Assembly (NCBI GenBank): GCA_963787185.1
Contig: CAWBCC010000011.1
Coordinates: 135,916-199,915, forward strand
Direction of reading: 5' to 3'
Length of the DNA stretch: 64,000 nucleotides
Origin: an uncultured bacterium
GTDB lineage: Bacteria; Spirochaetota; Spirochaetia; Treponematales; Rectinemataceae
In this document: positions 50,602 through 58,175 of the stretch, one piece after another
Position numbering within the stretch: position 1 is the stretch's first letter
How the letters are laid out: every line of letters begins with the position of its first letter
Program-made: the position numbers and the translations under genes
Notes under the pieces: generated by a model
What the model saw: only the letters and a program-made list of their open reading frames with translations
Told to the model about the DNA's origin: nothing
Databases searched by the model: none

Positions 50602-52434
50602 TCATTCCCCCATCGGCGGAGGGTTGGACTCTTTCCCCGCCGCATAGATCGATTTCGCCCGTTCCACGATGCCCTCTTCCAGACCGAGGAGGGAGGCTAT
50701 GGCGATGGCGTCGCTCCCCCCCGCGCCTTCGTCTCTCGCCTCTACTATCTCGTAACGCATCATGCCGTTGATCTTCCTGATGCGGTCGGCCAGCGGTTCG
50801 TCCGCCCCGATGATTTTGTCCGCGGCCTCGCGGTCGAGTCCCCGCATGCGCAGGAACCGCGCGCCCGCTGCCCGCCGGATGCCGTGGAAGTGCGTCGAGA
50901 ACACGAACCTGCCCCGGCCGGCGCGCGCGAGGAACTCGATCGCGGCGGAGAGGATCGCCTCGGCTTCGCGCGAGCCCGTCGTGCGGGCGAACTCGTCGAA
51001 GACGATGAATGCGTCCGGCGCTCCGATCCCGGAGGGGCCGACGGCCTCCATGAAACTGCGCATCTCGAAGCCGAATCCCGAAAGGCCGCGATCCTCGCGG
51101 TGGCGATCTTCGTCGCGATGGCGGCCGGCCGTCCCGCCGACATAGACGATGCGCGAGTGAACCGAGCAGGCGAAGCTCGACGCGGGGACGAAGAGGCCCG
51201 CCTGCGCGAGAATCTGGAAGAACAGCAGGCTCTGGAGCGCGACGGTCTTGCCGCCCATGTTCGAGCCGAAGATCACGGCCGCCCTCTCGGCGAGATCGAG
51301 GCCGAGCGGCGTATAGCGCAGGCCGAGCTCTTCGCAGTCCCAGAGGCAGGGCAGGAAACGCCCCGCCGCGACCCCGAGCGAGAGCGAGCCGAGATCCGGC
51401 CGAACGAGGCCGTACTCCCGCGCGAGCCGGGCCCCGGCCAATGCCAGATCGAAGGCGCATATCGCGTCGACGTAGGCGCGCAGATGCCGCGACTCGGCCG
51501 CCGCCGCGGCGGAGATCGAGGCGAGCACCTCTTCCTCGGCCTCGCGCTCCCTGGAAGCGAGCAGCGAGCGCTCCTGCTCGAGTAGGAGAACCCTTTCGCC
51601 GTCACGGAGCCTCACGACGCAGGACCGTCCGTCGTAGGCCTCCACCATGAAGGCGAGCGGGCCCGCCGACCCGGACCCGGCCGCATTTTCCGCCGCCGGC
51701 TCGGCGCAGGCCTCGACGAGCGCCAGGGCTTCCTCGTTGCGGACGAGGAGAAAGTCGCGCCCCGCGAAATCGAGACCGTGGTCGCGGCGGGCGGCGTCGA
51801 GACTGCGGCCGCGCTCCAGCCCGATCGACTCGTCGACCGCCGCGATGCGTCCGCGAATTTCCGGAAGCGAGGCATGGTAGGCGTCGGCGATGAAAAATGT
51901 CTCCGGGTCGGAGCCGCCCAGGTCGAGCCGGGCGGCGAGTTCGGCGGACTCGAAGTCGAGACCGAAAGCGCGCTTCGTCGACTCGTCGACGAGGGCCAGG
52001 ACGGCCCGATAGTTCGAGAGAAACTTCTTGATCTGGAAGAGCTCGACGAGATCGAGGCCGTTCGATTCCCGACGATCGGCGGCGAGGCTTCCGAAGGGGA
52101 GCCTCGGAAGCCTCCTGAGATGGTAGCTCAGGCGGTCGAGCGAGGGCCCCTCGCCCCTGTCCAGAAAAGCGAGCGCCGCCTCCGTGGCGTCGTAGAGCTC
52201 CTCGATCCGGCTCCGGTCGGCGAAAATCCGGCGCTCCTCCTTCGCCTCCTTGCCGTAGGGCGTCAGCGGCGAATAGCGCGACCAGAATTCCTCGACGCGC
52301 GCGAAGCCCCAGGTTTCCCGCGTGGCGGCGCACATCGCGGTGCCGGCCGCCCGCTCCGCGGCGCGGGCCGCGCGCCCTTCGGCGTCGCGGCGACCCGCAG
52401 GTTCCACGCCCGGTCTTCTCCCGGGCTCAGGCAT
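50602..52434 (-). CDS. MutS-domain-V ATPase, putative lysine 5,6-aminomutase reactivase ATPase (KamC-like)
   Basis: 610 aa with a MutS-type Walker A (IFGSNMGGKTVALQSLLFFQILAQAGLFVPA). It sits between kamA and kamD as in lysine-fermentation clusters. The ATG overlaps the upstream stop by 8 nt. The KamC name is from memory of database naming. Confidence 0.7.
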   Translation of the reverse strand: MPEPGRRPGVEPAGRRDAEGRAARAAERAAGTAMCAATRETWGFARVEEFWSRYSPLTPYGKEAKEERRIFADRSRIEELYDATEAALAFLDRGEGPSLDRLSYHLRRLPRLPFGSLAADRRESNGLDLVELFQIKKFLSNYRAVLALVDESTKRAFGLDFESAELAARLDLGGSDPETFFIADAYHASLPEIRGRIAAVDESIGLERGRSLDAARRDHGLDFAGRDFLLVRNEEALALVEACAEPAAENAAGSGSAGPLAFMVEAYDGRSCVVRLRDGERVLLLEQERSLLASREREAEEEVLASISAAAAAESRHLRAYVDAICAFDLALAGARLAREYGLVRPDLGSLSLGVAAGRFLPCLWDCEELGLRYTPLGLDLAERAAVIFGSNMGGKTVALQSLLFFQILAQAGLFVPASSFACSVHSRIVYVGGTAGRHRDEDRHREDRGLSGFGFEMRSFMEAVGPSGIGAPDAFIVFDEFARTTGSREAEAILSAAIEFLARAGRGRFVFSTHFHGIRRAAGARFLRMRGLDREAADKIIGADEPLADRIRKINGMMRYEIVEARDEGAGGSDAIAIASLLGLEEGIVERAKSIYAAGKESNPPPMGE

Positions 52435-53464
52435 GGACTGCCTCGTTGGGATCGAAGCAGATGAACCGCTCGATCGAAGGATCGTGGAGCGCCGCCAGGA
52501 AGCGCTCGCGCGACAGGTCGCGCAGCATGACCACGAAGCCGCCGAACTCGACGCCGTTTCTCACGGCCAAGGCGCGCGTGCGCAGCAGGGCCGCGAGAGC
52601 CGGAGCGTCCAGGAACACCTTCGTGAAGCTCTCGACGAGTATGCTTCGCGCCGAATCGGGTACGCGGGAGAGAGTCTCCGCCGTCAAGGGGCCTTCGATG
52701 ACGGCGAAGGGTTCGGGCAGACCGGCGGCCTTCGCCGAAGCGGCGGCCGAAGCGGCGGCCGAGGCGGCCGAGGCGGTCGGAGCGGCGGCCGAGGCGGCGG
52801 TCGGAGCGCCGGCGGGGACGTCGAGAACCGGCAGCGTGACCAGCCTGTGCAAGCGCCTAAGGTCGCGGCAGCCGCGATCGAGCCCGCCCGGCGAAATGCG
52901 CGCGACGTAAAGGAAGCGAGTGTCCGCGAAAGCGGAGGCCTGCGTTATGCGATTTATGGCCCCGTCGACGAGGATGGTGCGCGCCCAGCGTTCCTCCCGT
53001 ATGCGTTCTATGGCCCAGGCCGCGTGCTCGTTGCACTCGGCGCCGACGAGGACGATCCGGCCGCGCCTTCGCGCCCGGGCTATCGCCAGTCTGCCAAGGG
53101 CCGTCGAGCCGGGCAGCACGTCGAGTATCTCCGGAAGGCAGGAGAAATTCCGCAGGTGCCGCTCCGGGCCGACGAAGACTTCGCCGGGGCGGCACTCCAG
53201 GGCCGGCCGAGAGCCGAGGCGAGGCCCCCCCTCCCCCGCCTGCGCTTTCGAGGATTCTCCCTCGAGGCCCACGGCGAGTATCGCGGGCCTCTCGCCCTCC
53301 TCCCGCACGATGGCGAGGAGTCGGTTCACGAGCGTGGTCTTGCCGCAGCCCTTCTCGGCCCCGGTCACGAAGGTCACGCGACCCAGGAGATCCGAGCCAG
53401 AAAGTTGCACGGAAGCGGGGCTCCGGCCGGTCGCGCGCTCAGCGCGTCTCGTTGCGCGCGGCAC
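52427..53464 (-). CDS. P-loop protein, putative lysine 5,6-aminomutase reactivase subunit (KamB-like)
   Basis: Up to 345 aa. The start is uncertain: GTG at 53464 overlaps kamA, and an alternative GTG lies at 53410. Walker A is FVTGAEKGCGKTTLV. The internal Ala/Ser-rich block comes from imperfect short repeats. Confidence 0.6.
   Translation of the reverse strand: MPRATRRAERATGRSPASVQLSGSDLLGRVTFVTGAEKGCGKTTLVNRLLAIVREEGERPAILAVGLEGESSKAQAGEGGPRLGSRPALECRPGEVFVGPERHLRNFSCLPEILDVLPGSTALGRLAIARARRRGRIVLVGAECNEHAAWAIERIREERWARTILVDGAINRITQASAFADTRFLYVARISPGGLDRGCRDLRRLHRLVTLPVLDVPAGAPTAASAAAPTASAASAAASAAASAKAAGLPEPFAVIEGPLTAETLSRVPDSARSILVESFTKVFLDAPALAALLRTRALAVRNGVEFGGFVVMLRDLSRERFLAALHDPSIERFICFDPNEAVHA
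52733..52815. repeat. imperfect GC-rich roughly 12-bp repeats inside the KamB-like gene, encoding an Ala/Ser/Thr/Pro tract
   Basis: GCCGAAGCGGCG GCCGAAGCGGCG GCCGAGGCGGCC GAGGCGGTCGGAGCGGCGGCCGAGGCGGCGGTCGGAGCG. It is translated on the minus strand as ...PTAASAAAPTASAASAAASAAASAKAAG. Confidence 0.6.
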
Positions 53465-54713
53465 GCACGAGGTTCCTGGGTTCGATGACCTTGTCGACGC
53501 CGTCGAGAAGACGGGCGACGCCGCAGCTCGCCTTGAGCGCCGGTTCGTCCCTGCAGATCCTGCACTGTCCGCAGCTGTCCTCGTAGTGCCGCGGCTCGTC
53601 GTAGGTGGTGATGACTCCCTCGAAGTTGCGCAGGATGACGCGCTTCTCGTTGGAGGTGATGAGATAGCTCGGCATCACGGGGATCTTCCCTCCGCCTCCG
53701 GGCGCGTCGACCACGAAGGTCGGCACCGCCATGCCGGTCGTGTGGCCTCTGAGATTCTCGACGATCTCGATCCCCTTCGAGACGGTGGTGCGGAAGTGTC
53801 CGATGCCCCGCGAGAGATCGCACTGGTAGATGTAATAGGGTTTGACCCGGACGGTCAGCAGCTTCTGGACGAGTTTCTTCATGAGCACCGGGCAGTCGTT
53901 GACGTCGCGGAGCAGGACCGATTGATTGCCCAGCTGAATACCCGCGTCGGCGAGCTTGCGGCAGGCCTCGCCGGCCTCGGCCGTGATCTCGTTCGGATGG
54001 TTGAAGTGCGTATTGACGTACAACGGGTGATATTTTTTCAACATGTTGACCAGATCATCGGTCACCCGCATGGGCATGACGACCGGGGTCCGGGTACCGA
54101 GACGGATGATTTCGACATGGGGAATCGAGCGGAGCCTCGAAATGATACTCTCGAGTCTGTCGTCGGAGAGGACGAAGGGATCGCCGCCCGAGATGAGCAC
54201 GTCGCGGACGACGGGGGTTTTCGCGATATAGGCTATGGCCCTGTCGATGTTCTCCTCGGGCATGTGCATGTCCTCGAAGCCGACCAGACGGCGCCGCGTG
54301 CAATGACGGCAATTCATGGAACAGATATTCGTGACGAGGAGCAGCACCCTGTCGGGATAACGGTGCGTGAGGCCGGGCACCGGCGAATCGACATCCTCGT
54401 GCAGGGGATCCTCCTGGTCGGAGGGATCGTCGAAGGTCTCGGGGAGACGCGGTACCGCCTGCAGTCTGATCGGACAGACCGGATTGTCCTGGTCGATGAG
54501 CGACGCATAGTAGGGAGTGATGGCCATCCGGAAGATAGCGAGAACCTTCTCGACATCCTCTCGAGCACGGTCCGTCAGGGGCACGACTTTGGAAAGAGTC
54601 TCCACGTCCCTGATGTCGTTCTTCATCTGCCAGTGCCAATCGTTCCACTGCTCGGGCGTGACATCCTTGTACAGTGGTATTTTTCTGTAGTCGTGGCTCA
54701 GGTACTCGTGCAT
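53439..54713 (-). CDS. kamA: L-lysine 2,3-aminomutase (radical SAM)
   Basis: Start chosen at MHEYLSHDYRKIPLYKDV (ATG 54713-54711, SD AAAGGAG). The radical-SAM motif is CSMNCRHCTRRR. PYYIYQCD and VPTFVVDAPGGGGKIP are KamA hallmarks. Confidence 0.93.
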   Translation of the reverse strand: MHEYLSHDYRKIPLYKDVTPEQWNDWHWQMKNDIRDVETLSKVVPLTDRAREDVEKVLAIFRMAITPYYASLIDQDNPVCPIRLQAVPRLPETFDDPSDQEDPLHEDVDSPVPGLTHRYPDRVLLLVTNICSMNCRHCTRRRLVGFEDMHMPEENIDRAIAYIAKTPVVRDVLISGGDPFVLSDDRLESIISRLRSIPHVEIIRLGTRTPVVMPMRVTDDLVNMLKKYHPLYVNTHFNHPNEITAEAGEACRKLADAGIQLGNQSVLLRDVNDCPVLMKKLVQKLLTVRVKPYYIYQCDLSRGIGHFRTTVSKGIEIVENLRGHTTGMAVPTFVVDAPGGGGKIPVMPSYLITSNEKRVILRNFEGVITTYDEPRHYEDSCGQCRICRDEPALKASCGVARLLDGVDKVIEPRNLVRAARNETR

Positions 54714-54747
54714 AAACACTCCTTTGGTAGACCGCAGCATTGGCTCG

Positions 54748-55072
54748 AGGCATGGAGGCACGGAGAAGAGAGAAAAGAAATTGAGGAAAGAAGAAAAGCG
54801 GTAATTCCAATTGTGACCCGCCCCCCCGCCCTTTGCCCTCATCCGGCACCATCCTCACTCCTCTCCTCTCTCTCCCTTCCCTCCGTGCCTCTGTGGCATA
54901 TCTCTTCTCTTTCTTACAGGCCCTTCAAAGAATCGAGCCACAGAGGAAGAAGGCAGAAGAAGTCCGATGGGAGCGAGAGCCGAGATTCCAGTTGCAAGCC
55001 GCCCCTTCACCTTATCTTCCTCCCCATTATTCCTCTTCCCTCTTCCTCTTTCCCCCTCCGTGCCCCTGTGGC
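54748..55072. repeat. two tandem copies (C1, C2) of the same element
   Basis: C1 spans 54748-54897 (GAGGCATGGAGGCACGGAGAAGAGAGAAAAG...CTCCCTTCCCTCCGTGCCTCTGTGGC). The linker is ...CAAAGAATCGA. C2 spans 54937-55072 (GCCACAGAGGAAGAAGGCAGAAGAAG...GAGCGAGAGCCGAGATTCCAGTT...CCCCCTCCGTGCCCCTGTGGC). The block lies between the kamA start and the kce stop. Confidence 0.9.
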
Positions 55073-55085
55073 TAATTCCCTTCTT

Positions 55086-55907
55086 CTAATTCTTCAGCTT
55101 GAGGTACTTTCGCACATCGTCGGGTTCGGCGGGGCTCAGATCGGCCTCGCGGGCGATGCGTGCGGCCCGCTCGACGAGTTGGGCGTTGGATGTCGCGAGG
55201 ACGCCCTTCGAGAAGTAGACGTTGTCTTCGAAGCCCACGCGGATCCAGCCGCCGCGGGCGATGGCTCCGTACTGGGCGGGAAGCGAGGCTCGGCCTATGC
55301 CCATGACCGTGAAGTCCGCGCCGGGCGGCATCGCGGACACGAAGGCTTCCAGGGTCGCGACGCTGTAGGGGACGGCTCCCGGCACGTTGAGCACGAATCC
55401 GTAATGCAGCGGCGCCTCGATGAGCCCTTCCTTCAGCAGCATCCGGCTTGCGTACACGTGCCCGAGATCGAAGCACTCGAGCGTGGGCCTGACCTTGTGG
55501 GCGCGGAACTGGGAGGCGAACTCGCGCATGAGGGGCAGCGTGTTGACGATGTAGTCGTTTCCGAAGTTGACGGTGCCGCAGTCGAGACTGGCCATCTCCG
55601 GCTCGAGCTCCACCACGGGGCGGAGCCGCTCCTCGGCCGTGTCGCCCACCGCTCCGCCCGTGGTGATCTCCACGACGATGTCCGTCCTGCGCCGTACCGC
55701 GGCGATCACTTCCTTGAACCGCGCGGGGCTCTGGGTGGGCGCTCCCTCCGGCGTGCGAACGTGAAGGTGGAGAATGGCCGCCCCGGCCTGGCGTGCCTCG
55801 TAGGCGGTCCGAGCCACTTCATCGGGCGTCATCGGAAGCGCCGGGTTCTGCGCCTTGCTCGTCTCCGCCCCCGTGCACGCGCAGGTGATCACTATCTTAC
55901 CGTCCAT
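55086..55907 (-). CDS. kce: 3-keto-5-aminohexanoate cleavage enzyme (BKACE family)
   Basis: 273 aa. MDGKIVITCACTGAETSKAQNPALPMTPDEVARTAYEARQAGAAILHLHVR matches the Kce/BKACE N-terminus, in lysine-fermentation context. Confidence 0.85.
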   Translation of the reverse strand: MDGKIVITCACTGAETSKAQNPALPMTPDEVARTAYEARQAGAAILHLHVRTPEGAPTQSPARFKEVIAAVRRRTDIVVEITTGGAVGDTAEERLRPVVELEPEMASLDCGTVNFGNDYIVNTLPLMREFASQFRAHKVRPTLECFDLGHVYASRMLLKEGLIEAPLHYGFVLNVPGAVPYSVATLEAFVSAMPPGADFTVMGIGRASLPAQYGAIARGGWIRVGFEDNVYFSKGVLATSNAQLVERAARIAREADLSPAEPDDVRKYLKLKN

Positions 55908-55931
55908 AATCGCTCCATCGGAGATGAATAT

Positions 55932-56430
55932 GCCACAGAGACACAGGGCACGGAGAAGAAGCCGAGAGCAGGTTTCGAATCACAGTACGATCCTTTTCAA
56001 TCCTTTACGAAGCGTTTCCAGCCCAAAATTCAATATTAGACCTACCTTCCATCCGCCAAGCTTCAGATAGGTGAGCACCTGCGCATCAAAGACGGGATGC
56101 ATGAGTTGAACCGACTTCAACTCCAGAACTATCGCGTTCTCCACGACGAAATCCGCGCGAAAGCTGCCGTTCAACTGTTGACCCTTGTAGAGGACAGGCA
56201 ATTGAATCTGACGCTGGAAGGCAAGTTCCGCTTCGGCCATTTCAATCGTCATTGCCTCTTCGTATACGGATTCGAGAAGACCCGGCCCAAGCTCCGTATG
56301 AACAGTGAGGGCACAACCGATGATGCGCTCAGTCAGTTCTCGGTGTGGGTATCGTTCTACAGCATCCACTTTTTGCATATTCCTCTTCTCCTCGACGATA
56401 TCTCTTACTCTGTGCCTCCGTGCCTCTCTT
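55932..56430 (-). mobile_element. composite unit: GxxExxY gene bracketed by the left (purine-rich) and right (pyrimidine-rich) halves of the intergenic repeat element
   Basis: The left flank 55932-55982 reads GCCACAGAGACACAGGGCACGGAGAAGAAGCCGAGAGCAGGTTTCGAATCAC. Compare the consensus GCCACGGAGGCACAGAGGAAGAA...GAGCCGAGATTCCAATTAC. The right flank 56379-56430 reads ATTCCTCTTCTCCTCGACGATATCTCTTACTCTGTGCCTCCGTGCCTCTCTTCC and contains an exact 13-mer CCTCCGTGCCTCT of the consensus right end. Mobility itself is inferred, not shown. Confidence 0.45.
55980..56378 (-). CDS. GxxExxY protein (PD-(D/E)XK nuclease-like, PDDEXK_3 type)
   Basis: 132 aa. ...IIGCALTVHTELGPGLLESVYEEAMTIEM...LPVLYKGQQL...FRADFVVENAIVLELKSV... 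carries the G-x-x-E-x-x-Y signature (GLLESVY) and a D...E-x-K-like core (ADFVV...LELK). G+C is lower than in neighbouring genes by eye. The SD GAGGAGAAGAGG is supplied by the repeat half. Confidence 0.8.
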   Translation of the reverse strand: MQKVDAVERYPHRELTERIIGCALTVHTELGPGLLESVYEEAMTIEMAEAELAFQRQIQLPVLYKGQQLNGSFRADFVVENAIVLELKSVQLMHPVFDAQVLTYLKLGGWKVGLILNFGLETLRKGLKRIVL

Positions 56431-56444
56431 CCTGATTGCCTTCT

Positions 56445-57731
56445 CTAATTCGCCGGAAACTTCTTTGCGGTGAGCTCCAGGCTCTCGGCAATGGCCGTGA
56501 GCGCCCTTTCCAGATCCGCGTCCGTATGCCGATGCGCGATGTACCAGTGGTGGAATGGCTGGACGAACAGCCCGCGCCTGATGGTCTGCGTGTAGAAATA
56601 CTCGCGCCGCGCCTTGTAGATCTTTTCGCCGGCGCTGCCCGGACCTTCGCCTGACGCCTGATCGAAGGTGACATAGGGCATCGGCGGTATCCCGGAGACG
56701 GAGCAGGGCACCTTCGAATCGGCCACGATCTTCCGGAGCCGCTCCAGGAAGACCGTACCCCGCGCCCAGATCGAGTCGGGCACCTTCTCGCGCTCAAGGA
56801 TGTCCAGGCACTTCATCGCGGCGACCATCTCGAGGCTGTTGGGGAAGAAGGTGGAGGAGACGAAGACCTTCTTCTCGGCGATCTGCATGAACTCGCGCCT
56901 GCCGGCGACCGCGCTGATGGCGTAGCCGTTGGCCATGGCCTTGCCGAAGGTGCCGAGGTCCGGCGTGACGCCGTAGCGCTCCTGTGCTCCGCCCATCGAG
57001 ACGCGGAAGCCCGTGCGCACTTCGTCGAAGATGAGGACGGCGCCGTGCTTGGTGGCGAGCTCGCGTACGCCCTGGAGATAGCCCGCGGGGGGTGCGACGA
57101 CGGGGTGGGCGTTGGGATGGCCGACCGGCGTGACGATGATGCCGGCCACTCGGCCCTCGTACTCCTCGAGCTTGGCCTCGAGATCGTCCAACTTGCCGTA
57201 CTCGAACTCGACGGTGAGGCCGGTGAAGTCCTCGGGCACGCCGCCCTTCACTTCGACGCACCAGTCGTGCCAGCCGTGGTAGCCGCAGCGGAGGATTACC
57301 TTGCGGTCGGTGCAGCCGCGGGCGATGCGCACGGCGAGGGTGGTCGCGTCGGAGCCGGTCTTGACGAGGATGACCTGTTCCGCGCAGGGCACCAGCTTCG
57401 CGATGCGCTCCTCGAGCCGGTTCTGCACGGGCTGGACGAGGGCGAAGCAGAAGCCCCTGCCCATCTGGGCCGCGACCGCTTCGTTGATCTCCTTCTCTTC
57501 GTAGCCGAGGATGATGGGGCCGTAGCCGCAGAGCATGTCGATGTAGTCGTTGCCGTCGACGTCGACGATGTGGCCGCCGTAGCCCCTGTCGAGGAAGATC
57601 GGATACTCGCCCTGCACGAAGTTGTAGGGTCTGCGGATGCCCATGACGCCGCCCGGGGAAAGCCTCTGGGCCTCGGCGAACATGGCCATGGATTTGTCGA
57701 GCTTGAGCTTGGGGAATTCAGTCGCCGGCAT
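56445..57731 (-). CDS. class-III (PLP) aminotransferase, candidate 3-aminobutyryl-CoA aminotransferase (Kat-like)
   Basis: 428 aa with a glutamate-1-semialdehyde-aminomutase-like fold (YGGHIVDVDGNDYIDMLCGYGPIILGY; PLP-lysine context TFGKAMANGY). It sits between kdd and kce where kal would be expected. SD is AGGAGG. Confidence 0.7.
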   Translation of the reverse strand: MPATEFPKLKLDKSMAMFAEAQRLSPGGVMGIRRPYNFVQGEYPIFLDRGYGGHIVDVDGNDYIDMLCGYGPIILGYEEKEINEAVAAQMGRGFCFALVQPVQNRLEERIAKLVPCAEQVILVKTGSDATTLAVRIARGCTDRKVILRCGYHGWHDWCVEVKGGVPEDFTGLTVEFEYGKLDDLEAKLEEYEGRVAGIIVTPVGHPNAHPVVAPPAGYLQGVRELATKHGAVLIFDEVRTGFRVSMGGAQERYGVTPDLGTFGKAMANGYAISAVAGRREFMQIAEKKVFVSSTFFPNSLEMVAAMKCLDILEREKVPDSIWARGTVFLERLRKIVADSKVPCSVSGIPPMPYVTFDQASGEGPGSAGEKIYKARREYFYTQTIRRGLFVQPFHHWYIAHRHTDADLERALTAIAESLELTAKKFPAN

Positions 57732-57780
57732 ACGGCCTCCTACGTTAAGTCAAAATATCAGCTCTCATATCATCTTCACG

Positions 57781-58163
57781 CTACTCCTCTTCTCTCCCTC
57801 TCCCCTCCGTGCCTCTGTGGCATTCTCTTCTCCTCCCCAACGCCCCTCGAAGAATCAAGCCACGGAGGCACAGAGGAAGAAAGGAAAAGAAGCTTGGTGG
57901 AGCGAGAGCCGAGATTCCAATTACTCTCCCCCCCCATCCTCCCCATCACCCCTCTTCTCTCTCCCTCCCTCTTCCCTCCGTGCCTCTGTGGCATTCTCTC
58001 CGCCTATTTCAGGACCGTTGAAGAATCAAGCCACGGAGGCACAGAGGAAGAAGGGAGAAGAAGCTTGGTGGAGCGAGAGCCGAGATTCCAATTACTCTCC
58101 CCCCCCATCCTCCCCATCACCCCTCTTCTCTCTCCCTCCCTCTCCCCTCCGTGCCTCTGTGAC
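57781..58163. repeat. 2.3 tandem copies (D1 partial, D2, D3) of the same element
   Basis: D1 is the right end only (57781-57821). D2 spans 57859-57992 and D3 spans 58030-58163, both 134 bp and differing at 4 positions. The period is 171 bp. The conserved linker is ...GAAGAATCAAGCCAC. The block lies between the aminotransferase start and the kdd stop. Confidence 0.95.
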
Positions 58164-58175
58164 CTATCCCTTTCC

